Assembly (NCBI GenBank): GCA_024626585.2
Contig: JANKJI020000004.1
Span: 176,305,723 to 176,322,458, forward strand
Direction: 5' to 3'
Length of the DNA stretch: 16,736 bases
From: Ginkgo biloba
Taxonomy: Eukaryota > Plantae > Ginkgophyta
Part shown: positions 1-16,736 of the stretch, in pieces
How the letters are laid out: each line of letters begins with the position of its first letter
How positions within the stretch are numbered: the first letter of the stretch is position 1
The notes under the pieces: model-generated
Database searches by the model: none
Told to the model about the DNA's origin: nothing
Seen by the model: only the letters and a program-made list of their open reading frames with translations
Position numbers and translations under genes: made by a program

Positions 1-330
1 TTTAGAGAGTTCCTCTATCCATATAGTGAACATAATAGTGTAGAAGAGTATTAGTTTAGTGATGTAATAGGTTACAAAGTTGATTACCCCCTTGGATTTA
101 ATTCAAAAATGCTTCCATAATGCTTTTAAGGTCATTCCTTCATCCTCCTACCAAACAGGTACATCAATATATGCTTAATTTATCTCAACTCTAAATTAAA
201 TAAGATCCACATGATGTTGANNNNNNNNNNNNNNNNNNNNNNNNNNNNNNNNNNNNNNNNNNNNNNNNNNNNNNNNNNNNNNNNNNNNNTGATATACCCT
301 TATGAGGTAGATTGTTCAATTAATAGGAAA

Positions 331-364
331 TTTAATGTCCCTTCCCACTTGAAGGGACATTAAA
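331..364. repeat. Perfect 14-bp inverted repeat with a 6-nt loop
   Basis: tttaatgtcccttc-ccactt-gaagggacattaaa. Confidence 0.9.
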
Positions 365-1494
365 AAGATGTTAAGGCAAGGGAACATCAAGATAAACCAA
401 TTATCTCACTTGAGAAATAGAAATATATTCCATGTAATTTTGATATAAATGCGCATATATGATGTATATTTGGTTAGATTATATATGAAGTGGCTTAAGG
501 TGGTTAGAATAATTAAAGTTAAAGTTTTAATAAAATTTTATATAAATGATATGTATTCCCTCTAAATATTATATATACCTTATAAAAATAATAAAGTTAA
601 TATAAATAGGCATTAAGACTAATGAAAGTTCTAGAAAAATATTAGAGAAATTTTATAGAAGTAACATGAACTATTATATAAAATGGTATTCTATCAAATA
701 ATTTAGCATTTGATGTATTGTAATAAATGTCCAAATTTATATTATTGTAGTGATATGGATTAGTATTTATTATGAAATTCATAAGAAACTAAGAGAGTAG
801 CAAGTCACATTCCCAAAGGAGAAAGAAGAAAAAGTCTTCAAAGGTGAAATCTTCTTCATCAACTATAGATTCCATTTATCCTCTTTATTTGGGGGAAACA
901 TATGTAGTGCCTTCTACACTTGGGAACAAAAGGGAGAAAATGACATGCCACTCAACACATGGGCATACTCCACTTCCAAAATTCATGTCTCTTCTCATGC
1001 AGTGTTCTTCGCACTCCACATGGAATACCCAACACATGTTTGATACATTAATGGACACTTGGGGCTTATCATTTTAGTTTAAATTCTAATGGAGATCATT
1101 CTACACATAAGTAAGGAAGAAATGATATAAGTAACAATTGGCTTTGCCTATCTAATTATTTCTATATCAATACATTAATTAATTACTCAATATAACTAAG
1201 ACTAAATGATGCACTTAGTTAACAAATTGATTATTTGAGTAATTAATATATTAGATTACNNNNNNNNNNNNNNNNNNNNNNNNNNNNNNNNNNNNNNNNN
1301 NNNNNNNNNNNNNNNNNNNNNNNNNNNNNNNNNNNNNNNNNNNNNNNNNNNNNNNNNNNTGTGAATAATTATGGATTTATATTCTTTATCTCTTATAAAA
1401 TGGAATTCCATCTACTATATGATTCTAGCTAAGTTATTTGATCCTTGAATACTTGTGTAGATAATTATTTGAATATTTAGATAAAATAAACATG

Positions 1495-2130
1495 TTATGC
1501 TTATGTGCTTACTGTGGAAACCAATTTCACACAACTCACTTTGCCATATTTTGATTTTTTTTACATCCCATTTACATGAGGCATATAAATTCATGTGGAC
1601 CATACCATCTTACATAAGATTTAGAATGCAGTCTAATACATGCTAACATAGTAACTAATCTTGTAAATTACCTAAGAAACTATTTTTTAAAATTCATAAC
1701 ATTATCTTTACCACATATATTTTTATGTTATCTTTATACCCATGATCATAATGATTAACTAGGAGTAATTTTATATGTCAATATATTATGGATTATACTA
1801 TAGTTAGAAAATTATATTATATTATGTTTATGTGCTTACCACAAAATTTGATTTTACACAACTCACTTTGCAATATTTTGATTTTGTTTACATCCCATTT
1901 ATATTAGGCATATAAATTCACATGAACTATGCCATCTTACATAAGATACATAAAGTAGGCTAATACATGCTAATATAGTAACTAATCTTGTAAATTACTA
2001 AGGAATGATGTTTTTTAATTCATAACATTAGCTTTACCACATATATTTATATGTTATGTTCATATCCAAGATCATAATTATTAACTAGGAGTAATTTTAT
2101 ATATTCTGGATTATACTATTATTAGAAAAT
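1495..2130. repeat. Tandem direct duplication, two copies of ~320 bp
   Basis: ttatgtgcttac at 1501 and 1828. Shared blocks acacaactcactttgc, atagtaactaatcttgtaaattac and attaactaggagtaattttatat. Copies end at ~1812 and ~2130. Confidence 0.92.
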
Positions 2131-2697
2131 CATCTATTATTTATATATTATCCAATGTGAATATATTAATTTCCAAAAATAATTGTTAAAGTGAAATCCA
2201 AGTTCCTTTATCAATTTAGAGTTATTAGTTAGATGCAATAAGTAAATCAAGGCTAATAACACTTCTAATATTATGGTTATGAAAGGTTTCAATTATATGA
2301 TTAAATAACAAGTTATGGAGTTGTTATATAGTTGTCTTATTAAGGGGAATAACCACTTGATAGGACTAGAAACTAACTAGAAAAAAAGCATGTTAGGTAA
2401 TCAATCCAAATAATATTAAATAATATATCTCTTATTAAAAGCTTAATTATTTTTAGTATCTAAATTTAATGTATCTTATGAGTTGAATTGAGGATAAAAT
2501 AAAGGGTAAGAATACAAAGGAACAAAAGATTTTATGAAATATACTACTTAATGATGGGTTAATTTTTTTTACTATACCTAAGTATTACATTCGANNNNNN
2601 NNNNNNNNNNNNNNNNNNNNNNNNNNNNNNNNNNNNNNNNNNNNNNNNNNNNNNNNNNNNNNNNNNNNNNNNNNNNNNNNNNNNNNNNNNNNNNGTC

Positions 2698-3300
2698 CTT
2701 CACTAGAATGTGTCGCGTAGCTTATTTTGTTTTTTTTATGAAAAAAACACTTTTTATAGGGTGTTGTGAAGTCTTTGTGTAGGATTATAGGATTATGCCA
2801 CGCTGCAAGATTTAGTGAGATATTCCCTCACAATCGTTAAAAACTTTAGAGTAGCCTTAGTAAATAATATGAATCCTAAATTCACGAGATGCAACCACAT
2901 GCTGAAATCTCGCAAGCTCGCAACCCAACATAATGTAGTAAAAGAAAAAGGAAACGTCAAAAGTTTACGAGATCAAATTCTACAAGATTATGCCACATGT
3001 CCAAATCTTAGTTGTTCACGTAGTATTAGTCAAGATGATACTAGATGCTTTCACATGCCTCAATCACGTGCACTCACAAATTCACAAGAAGAGAGGGTGA
3101 AGGGGACAATATTACCAAATGCCACAATCTCAGATAATACAAAGTAATGCAACATGTTTCAATCTTGAGACACTCTTTGACACAAGGTATTATAGTGAAT
3201 ATTTAATAGATCAAGGCACCAGGGTAAGGGATGTGGCCATGTGTTTCAATCTCGTATTTGTTCAAAATATTTTGGTAAAGTGGAAAAGTGAAAACTCAAT
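2698..3300 (+). repeat. Left arm of a long diverged inverted repeat (partner 4415-5041)
   Basis: Colinear with the reverse complement of 4415-5041, from cttcactagaatgtg through ggtgaagggga and aagggatgtggcca to aatattttggtaaagtgg. Confidence 0.9.
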
Positions 3301-4414
3301 CGACTTAACACCATGAGACCTTGAGTCTAAAATATCTTACCACACATAGGGATTATATTCAAAGATCAAACCAAATCCACTACATGCTCCAAATGGAAGT
3401 TTTATTACCATTAAATTTGTACAAAGTGATTGATTTGAAAAAAAAAAAAAAATTATCAATGTTTGAATTAAGGGAAAAAATGACATAGCTGATGAAAACA
3501 CTCACATTCAATTTGTTTCTAATCCAGATCTCTCTTATAAGTATTACTCATAAGTCTTAGATTTCCATTAATCACAGAGCTACCCATTCTTGGATATTTT
3601 ATGTTCTATTTTATCTTGAGAAAACAAAGGGTTGAAATTAAACTTTAATGGATCCAAAGATCATTGTTTCTAAGATCCCCACCATTTGCAAATTGCAATT
3701 TATTAATACACATTTTGGAAAGGAAATATTGGGTATTGGAAGTTTTAAAAACTACAATGATAATATCATGAGGTAAAGAATGCAAATAATCTCTTTATAG
3801 GATGGGAATCAAAATTGGGATCATGTTGTTGAATATACTATGTGGTAAAGCCAATACAGATCATGTGAAATGATATTGGGTGCCTTTGTTAGGATAGATT
3901 GTTTTGAATGATAGAAATATAGACTCCTCTAAAATCCCTTCCTTTAGTATATATATCAATTGGGGCATTACACAATCGAGGTTTATCTTTTTTATGTCTN
4001 NNNNNNNNNNNNNNNNNNNNNNNNNNNNNNNNNNNNNNNNNNNNNNNNNNNNNNNNNNNNNNNNNNNNNNNNNNNNNNNNNNNNNNNNNNNNNNNNNNNC
4101 ACCCTGTACTCCAACCATGTCGGTCTCCAATATTCTATTTTAATGTCAGTCTTTCATTTTCTAACATATATGTATTTTCCATATTTTTCCTATCATTATT
4201 AGTTTTATTATACATTGTTGGTCATCCTCTGACAATGTTAGTTTTTTATATAGGTTCATAGATTATATCAATCACCACCTACACATCCCACCGATAATGC
4301 CAATCTTTCTTAAAGACTCCACCAATGATGTTGGATATCATAGACGATGTCATTTATCATTGACGCATCCCACTGATGATGTTAATTTTTAGAGATAACC
4401 CCAAATTAATCACT

Positions 4415-5041
4415 TTGAGTTCACACATTACCACTTTACCAAAATATTCTAAATAAACACAATATTAAAACATGTGGCCACATCCCTTTCCCTAGTTCCT
4501 TTCCCTATTAAATATTAAATACAATACCTTATGTTGAATAAGGTCTAAATATTGAAACACATTGAATTACTTCATGTCATATGAGCTCATGGCATTTGGC
4601 AATATTATCCCCTTCACCTGTTCTTCTTGTGGGTTTGTGGGTGCACATGATTGGGACATGTGGCATGATTTGGCATCATCCTAACTAATGCGCTTTGATC
4701 ATAACCTTTTCCATAACACTATGTGAGCAACTAAGAATGGGACACATGGCATGATCCTGTAGACTTTGTGCTTGTAACATTTTGATGTTTCCTTTGCCTT
4801 TTTCTACACTATGCTGGGCTGTAAACTTACAATATTTGAACATATGGCCGCATCGTGTGAGTTTGGGAATCACATTATTTACCAAGTTTACTCAAAAATT
4901 TTCAACTATTATAAGGGAAGATGTCACTAGATCTTAGTACATGGTGTAATCCTGTAGCCTACATAAAGACTTCATAACACCTCGTAAAAAGTAATTTTTT
5001 CATAAAAAATAAAAGGCGCTATATGGCACATTCTAGTGAAG
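4415..5041 (-). repeat. Right arm of the long inverted repeat (partner 2698-3300)
   Basis: Same alignment as the left arm, with an extra ~27-nt block near 4690-4717. Confidence 0.9.
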
Positions 5042-7599
5042 CATTTATTTCCTTTGTTAAAACACCGAAATATTTCAAACAACATGTTGGGTCCATGTTG
5101 AATGATTTATCCTTAAANNNNNNNNNNNNNNNNNNNNNNNNNNNNNNNNNNNNNNNNNNNNNNNNNNNNNNNNNNNNNNNNNNNNNNNNNNNNNNNNNNN
5201 NNNNNNNNNNNNNNNNNATTATATCCATAAAATACATTAGTATTTATATGAATCGTATGCCACACAATGAGAATCCCATGATTGGAAGACAAAGGAACAA
5301 TTTATTCACTTATAAGATAATAAGGTACTCAATTGAGTCCAAAATTTTATAAGGTGAGTTATAAAACTTAATTTATATAAATGCTTTGTAGAATATTCAA
5401 TGTCACGATTATGATTACAAATGAAGCTTAAGTAATGTTATAGACTAAAAATAGGCCTCCTTATCCTAAACTATAACCTACTTTTGTATAGACCTTAGCA
5501 CATCTTTATAGAGTGCTATTTGTGGTTGCCCTTTACAAACATATGCCATTTATTATGCATACATAATTATCAAAATTATCTACAGTTATAAATAGAGTTT
5601 TGGCGATGTAATATATCATCTCCTCTTAATGTACTTAACTTGTGAAGCATAGGTTATTACTATCTAATTGTGCTTTGGTATTGTATAGGACCATCTCTTA
5701 GGATCTAAGATTCTCCCCTTGGGTTTGCTACATCGAGTTTAAATTTATTTACACTATATCCTTGTATCTTTGTTATCTAATTTTTTCTCACTTTTAACAG
5801 TGGGCTCGAAGTTGTTTAGTTTGTCTTAAATAACCTTTTTGAATTTGATGGTGCTACTTATGTTTATTTTTTTTGCTCCTATAAATTATGTCTATAAGGT
5901 TGTAACACAAATCTAGACAACCTTGAATGGTTGCATTACAAAAAGCTTAAAGAAAAAGTTAGTATCAAATTACATTGATAAATAGAAGAATATGACGATG
6001 ATTTTACATTGGCTACTAACTGTATTTATAGCAACTTCTTATAAAAGTACATAACCTTTTATAGAACTTCGTGACTTTTTGTATTATTTTTCATTAAGAA
6101 TGTTTTACCCTTAAGACTACTTCATACTCATTGCTTCTCTTGATACGTTAAAATAAATCTCTTCAATCAAATTAAAATTAAAATAAAGTACAACAAATTC
6201 CTTAAAGCTCCTCTAAAATTACTTTAATAAAGAGTCAAAATCTAGATAACTAACATAATTTAGTGCAAAATGGCAATTGTTCACTATTAAACTTAATTTA
6301 GTTTAGTGAAAAGCGAGAAGTGCTCCTTATTTAGGGTATTTAATCTTTTTAAAGGTTGTTTATGCTTAACTAGGGTTGGATTATGGTCCTACTAAGTTGT
6401 ACTTGGATTTCACAAAATCTTATTAAGTTAATTTTGGTCCTCTAATGCAAAAGGTTATACTTTAAACTTATTTGAGGCTTAAGGGGATATTTTGGCTATG
6501 AATTAAGGTTCATAACGCTAAATAATTTAGAGAAATAGGCATAAATAATGAAAAATATACTAATTTGTGTGAGGGGTATAATTCAAATCCTTTNNNNNNN
6601 NNNNNNNNNNNNNNNNNNNNNNNNNNNNNNNNNNNNNNNNNNNNNNNNNNNNCAATTAGATACAGATAAGAGGTGTTGGAGATCACAATAGATAAGTATT
6701 GCATGCAATTGATAAAAATCTCAGGGGGATATTTAAAAATTTCTTATTATACACAACTTCACATGGCAACATCATTTAAGTCTTAAACAAAGGTCACTAA
6801 TTCTATCTAAGTCCTTGAGAGGGTGGGTGTCCCAATAAGAAATTTCATTCCAATAAGATCCATTGAGGAAGGACTTAATAAAGATAGACACAAACACCCC
6901 TTGGTGATGAAGGTAATATTGTGTCATGCAAAATTTATCATTGAGGATGATAATAAGAAGCACATATGAGCTACTATTCAAGAGTAAAAGGATTGTAAGA
7001 ATGGGCATTTTTCTAACAAGATAAAACTTGATACATGAAGGTTATATTTGTTTTTTATAGAAAACAATTCAAGAATTATTATTTATTGGTATTGAGTTCA
7101 TGCACCCGAACTTAGTTAAGTCAAAGCTTATACAATGTATTACATTCTATTATTTAAAAGATTAATAGTTCAATTAAAAAAAAATATCTGCAAATTTATA
7201 ATCCTAACCATATTTTGATCCAATTTAGCCCAAAACTTAAATAATTAAGTAACCAACTAGTTTGAATGAAAGATATAATTAACCTTAACATATCATACAA
7301 CTACTCATTTTGTGTGTGGCTATTCACGGACATGTGAGTGGGAAACCTAAAGGGAGGTCATAAACCATTTCAAAATACCGTAAAATTGCATCCTTTACAA
7401 AATCTAAAAAGCCATGACTATGATTTTTATGGAGGTCACTCCTTTTTGTGAAGTCCTCACGTTCCAAGTTCATTTAAAAACAAAACAAAGATAGCGTCTC
7501 TAATTTGCTCGTGCATTTAAAATTGTTTGGACATTAGCCGAGGATGCTTTGCTTGTAGGAGTGAAAAAAAGCAAGTTAAGAGAGGGATAGTAACCAAAC

Positions 7600-7830
7600 T
7601 GATTATGACATAGAGAGATTAGAGATGCTGTTTTGACGTAGTAGGACGAAGCAGACGACCGGAACGAAAACAAGGGCTTTCTCAGAATGCCGAAATCAAC
7701 AACTTCGTCTTAGAGAACAGGCTGTGACAGAGGGGACTAATAACTACTGGCACGTGGAGTCAGTTCGGTATCGTTTCCGTGTTTGAGGTTACCGGGCCGG
7801 CAGTTAGCAGCGNNNNNNNNNNNNNNNNAC
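7600..7830 (+). promoter_or_regulatory. Probable promoter / transcription start region of the UBP12-like gene
   Basis: Shift from AT-rich repeats to CpG-retaining sequence. G-box CACGTG at 7751-7756 and TGACG at 7634-7638. The start site cannot be located from sequence. Confidence 0.45.
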
Positions 7831-7980
7831 TAGCGAGATTTAATAATTAAAGAAGAATATAACCAATGCTTATAGTCGGGTGTTAAAAAAAAAAGTTAAA
7901 TTTAAGTTATTGTTATTTTCTTCGTGTGGGTGTGTCGGTAATATGCAGTCATTGTTATAGTTTTTGCGGTTGAGGAGACC

Positions 7981-8025
7981 ATGGATCGAATGGAAGCCGC
8001 GAGGGAGAATTCCATGGTCCATTGA
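7981..8025 (+). promoter_or_regulatory. Candidate upstream ORF MDRMEAARENSMVH*
   Basis: ATG in strong context (gaccATGG), three in-frame ATGs, TGA at 8023-8025, 156 nt before ATG 8182 and in the same frame. Confidence 0.4.
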
Positions 8026-8181
8026 GACGCCTCGTTTTCTCGATCCATTGGTCATTTTTTCGATTCTTTTTAAGTTTTACCGTACTGGTTTTTATTTTTC
8101 CTACTTTGGTTGCTGGTGTGGGATCTGTATAACTGAGATATTGACCAAGTGGAAGCATATGGCAGTGAGGAATTGATCTGC

Positions 8182-13395
<5,214 letters not shown>

Positions 13396-14162
13396 GTGAT
13401 TGCTTGTACTAAGTTTTTNNNNNNNNNNATAGGGTGTGTACTTCTCTAGTGGCATCCAGTGCAGCCTTAGCTCCACTATCAGGATCCTGCAATATGTTGA
13501 TCAGAAGAAGCTTCATGCAAGGCACACGCGTGACCTGCTATTTTGCTTTGAGTAAGCAGGCTGTCCAGCTACTGTAAATTGTGCTAGTGAAGCTTCCAAT
13601 GTGCTGTAGGCCTTCAAGCATCCTTGCCTGATACAATCTACTGTTGGTGCCCTCTGTAGATATACCTAGCACTAGCTGACTGTAAGATGGCATTTGTGTT
13701 GTTTCCTTATCATGTATCTGACACAGCAGTAACTAGTAGACTTTCAAATTTGTTAAGTGATCAAAATGGAAAACGTGGAAATTATTATTGCCAGGTTCTC
13801 CATGTTATACCTTCAAAACCTCCTATTATGGTCTGTAAATTATTGTTGATCCCATATTGTACCCGGCGGAGAATGTTAAGTTATTATTATTTTTTGATTT
13901 CAGTGCAGGCATTTTCCCCATCTGATCATTGCCCTTTGTACTTGCATTAAGTTCAAGCAGTTGAACTATGTTTATATTAACAAGTTACTGCAGTTTGATT
14001 GTTCTCGTCATTTTCTACACGATATTAGGTAGAAACTGTTACACCATTATTAAATTTTGATTCTAGGGCAGGATATTTATTGTTGCTGCCGTTGCTTCTG
14101 TCCCATAAACAAAACTGAAACATCATTTTGCTGTTGTTGTTACTTCTTGGAACATGCCAACC

Positions 14163-14599
14163 TGTAGCGACCCAAACGGGTGGCTACTACTAAATATTCA
14201 TTCAAAATGATATGAAACACAGATAAACAGCAGAATACCTTAAATTCATGCACAATATAGCAAATTTGCATGCCACAAATTCAAATAGATTGCAATATAG
14301 AACACCGAAATCACATTGGGGTCCACCTGAGCCCAAGAAGTCACCAAGGGACTCACTTGAGTCGAAAAAGTCAAAAGGAAGCAGAAACTCTAAACAAAAT
14401 TCGGATCAAATTTGAATTATATGTTACAATTGAGGTTTGGTTTGAGCCCTAATTCTAGTCTACATGCTATATGCGCATAGTTTGTGTTATCTTTTTGCAA
14501 ACATGAGCCTAACACATGCCCCTTACATAAGTAAACATGATTAATCATATTCATAACATAATTAACCATAACCATACATATTAGTTTGGGTACATAACA
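14163..14599 (-). mobile_element. Solo-LTR-like segment (Ty3/gypsy-type termini)
   Basis: TG...CA ends with imperfect inverted termini TGTAGCGACCCAAAC / TGTTATGTACCCAAAC. Flanks caacc / caccc match at 4 of 5. Terminal hairpin gtagcgaccc-aaac-gggtggctac. An alternative right end is 14634. Confidence 0.45.
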
Positions 14600-14829
14600 C
14601 ACCCATACATACCTAATATAAGTGGGGATTTTCAAGTGTTACCAGGTGCGCATACCCGTCCGATAGGGTACCCGCATCGGGGACGCAGGNNNNNNNNNNN
14701 NNNNNNNNNNNNNNNNNNNNNNNNNNNNNNNNNNNNNNNNNNNNNNNNNNNNNNNNNNNNNNNNNNNNNNNNNNNNNNNNNNNNNNNNNTTCACCATATC
14801 CATTATTATGCTCTATGTATATTGTAAAA

Positions 14830-16245
14830 AGGAATTTTGGCATGTAGTGGCACTTTGAATTTTCTTCTGTAACTCTGTGTTAGTTAAAGGCCTGATGAAT
14901 TAGATAGGTTGAACTAATATGGGGGAAGCAAAGGTTGACTCATACTATTTGATTTCTTTCTCCAAAATTAAATTACACTCTTTTAATTGAGCATTCTCTA
15001 ATGACTATTCTTCAATTTTTAGTTGTAAAGCCTTGAATAAGACTTTATAAAAACTTAATGCTTCCTGAGCTATCAATTACTTGATATCCAACTTAATTTA
15101 TTATACAACCACATCCAATAGGGCCAACTTCATTTTGGATTTAGAAGCCCTTGGTCTTGCAAACCTCACTTTAATGGTTTTCCTATCGGAGTCCACACTT
15201 AAATACGCATGCTGCCTGCTAAAGTCTAGCATAGTGGTCATACCTATTTTGTTGGACCCCTTTTATTAGTTCATCAATTCCACCAACCAAGGATTAAAAA
15301 TGGATTCCTCTTGAGGACTCTCCTCTACTGTCAAATATGTACTGGGTATATCCTTATCAATATTTTGTTGAGTGGTTTCTAATGATGCACTTGGAAAAGA
15401 GGGGTGAGTGGATTGCTCACCTTTGGCTGATGATTCCACCAGACCATAAATTTTGGACATCCTTATACACTTGATAGGTGGTATCTCCTCTTCATGAGGT
15501 ATTTTTTACTTTTTATTCCTCTCGGGATCATTTTCCTTGTCATCACCCCCTACTTGTGCGGGGCCACCCCAATTTAGGCAAAACTTCCAACTTTGGTTTA
15601 TTCTAGCCCACTAGTTCTTGATTCATCTCCTCTTTTCTCAAAGGTTATAAGAGGTGGTACATTTTCCCATCTTTCCTCACCTTGGACAATATTCCCTTCA
15701 TTACCTAAACATAGTCAATCATAGTGTCATCCTTAAAAAATTTTACTGTATTTTGAAGAATTTAAATCTTTAAGGATTGTTGGGAGAGGGGTGTTGTCCT
15801 TTCACTTATGTGCCACCTAATCATAGTTAATTGGGTTGTGGTATATATCTTTAATGTATGCAACATGGTAAGAATGGAGCCTATAATGTCACATAAATAC
15901 TCCTTCAGGATCATCTTATCTGGGACCCACCTCTTTGAACTTATAATTTGGGATGTCCCTAGTGTGAGATTTGGCCTGACCAATATTGGTAACTATAAAA
16001 TTACCAATCCTGATAGGGAAAGAATGGAAATCTATTTTCTTCCATCTTTGGGAGACCTTAGTATATATGGTCACAATTTGCCAACATAACAAAACAAGGT
16101 TAGAAATCTTGCAAGGCAGTCTCTCCTGTCTAAAGGCATCTTTGTTTGGTCTAACCAATCTGATAGCATGCAACAACGACTTCATTCCTTGTTTTCCATA
16201 AAGGGGTAGAGGACTTGTTTTTTTATAAAGGACTTCAACCCTTAA
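14830..16245 (-). mobile_element. Decayed long ORF, probably an accessory ORF of an LTR retrotransposon
   Basis: The minus strand reads as protein-like text broken by scattered stops (..KKIDFHSFPIRIGNFIVTNIGQAK..YKFKEVGPR*DDPEGVFM*H..). An acidic low-complexity stretch and a coiled-coil-like end (LQLKIEE*SLENAQLKECNLILEKEIK) follow. No RT or integrase motif seen, so the family call is by resemblance only. Confidence 0.45.
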
Positions 16246-16736
16246 AACATGCCAAACTTTCTAAAAGTAGCAGACCATGGACCAGATCTTCCAGTAAATC
16301 AGAGGTCAGAGATCCTACGACAATGATAGTATGCAACAAGCTTAGTGAAGATAAGCACTCAGTCTGAAATAAATGTAGTCCAGCAAAACAAGTGCTTGAT
16401 TGTTTAATCTTTTCCACGCATGGGGATTTTAGCCAGGATAGGCCCATTGTTTTGCAATTTATACCTAGTGGCAAGATCAAAATCAATGGTTTACTACGCA
16501 GAAAAAACTTTTTTAGAATCCATGCGCGGTTTTTAGTTTGCCAATTTTTTTGTGCCAAGGCCCAAAGGAAAGGTTTAGTAGTGCTTGTTTAACTTGCTTT
16601 TTTTTATTTAGGAGAGAGTATGTACTTGCAGTAGAGAAGTTCATGAAAGCTTGCTTTGACATCAGGTTGAAACAACTGAAACTTAAAATGTATTTGTTAG
16701 TATGCATCTGAATATAACTTTGAGGTTTAGAATCTT

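Noticed and set aside
2815-4885. Similar ORFs 2815-3147(+) and 4685-4885(-) as a conserved small protein pair
   Set aside because: The similarity follows from the DNA inverted repeat. Starts are non-ATG, differences look mostly non-synonymous, and no domain is recognisable.
2701-5038. CACTA transposon (CACTAGAATGTG...CACATTCTAGTG)
   Set aside because: The flanks ctt and aag are inverted complements, not a 3-bp direct duplication. The homology extends past CACTA, so it is probably not the terminus.
844-7008. Short ORFs in the upstream region, including those spanning N gaps
   Set aside because: No recognisable motifs, many non-ATG starts, and several are open only because of N runs.
7964-8176. 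ORF 7964-8176 (..ETPRFLDPL..) as the missing MTPPPLD first exon
   Set aside because: There is no ATG ahead of the motif in that frame, and no splice combination puts it convincingly in frame with DEMLMP.
13396-16736. Gene truncation or pseudogene because the His-box exons are absent
   Set aside because: All visible exons are intact. A long repeat-filled intron extending past the window, or an exon inside a gap, explains the absence.

Overview
AT-rich land-plant genomic scaffold with ten N gaps. Bases 1-7500 are repeat-rich intergenic DNA, including a ~320-bp tandem duplication and a ~600-bp inverted repeat pair. From ~7600 on the + strand lies the 5' part of an intron-rich UBP12/UBP13-like deubiquitinase gene (USP7/HAUSP orthologue: MATH/TRAF domain plus C19 USP domain). 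Eight exons can be joined in frame by GT-AG rules into 397 codons, and the gene continues beyond the window. The main surprise is that the two exons encoding the N-terminal two-thirds of the MATH domain occur twice: module A at 8676-9077 and module B at <11316-11604. Both copies are open, spliceable and strongly diverged at synonymous sites. They are separated by a decayed L1 LINE and a gap of unknown size. This points to a double-MATH or cassette-switching USP7-type enzyme, or else to a paralogue join across the gap. The last intron contains a solo-LTR-like segment and a decayed retroelement ORF.
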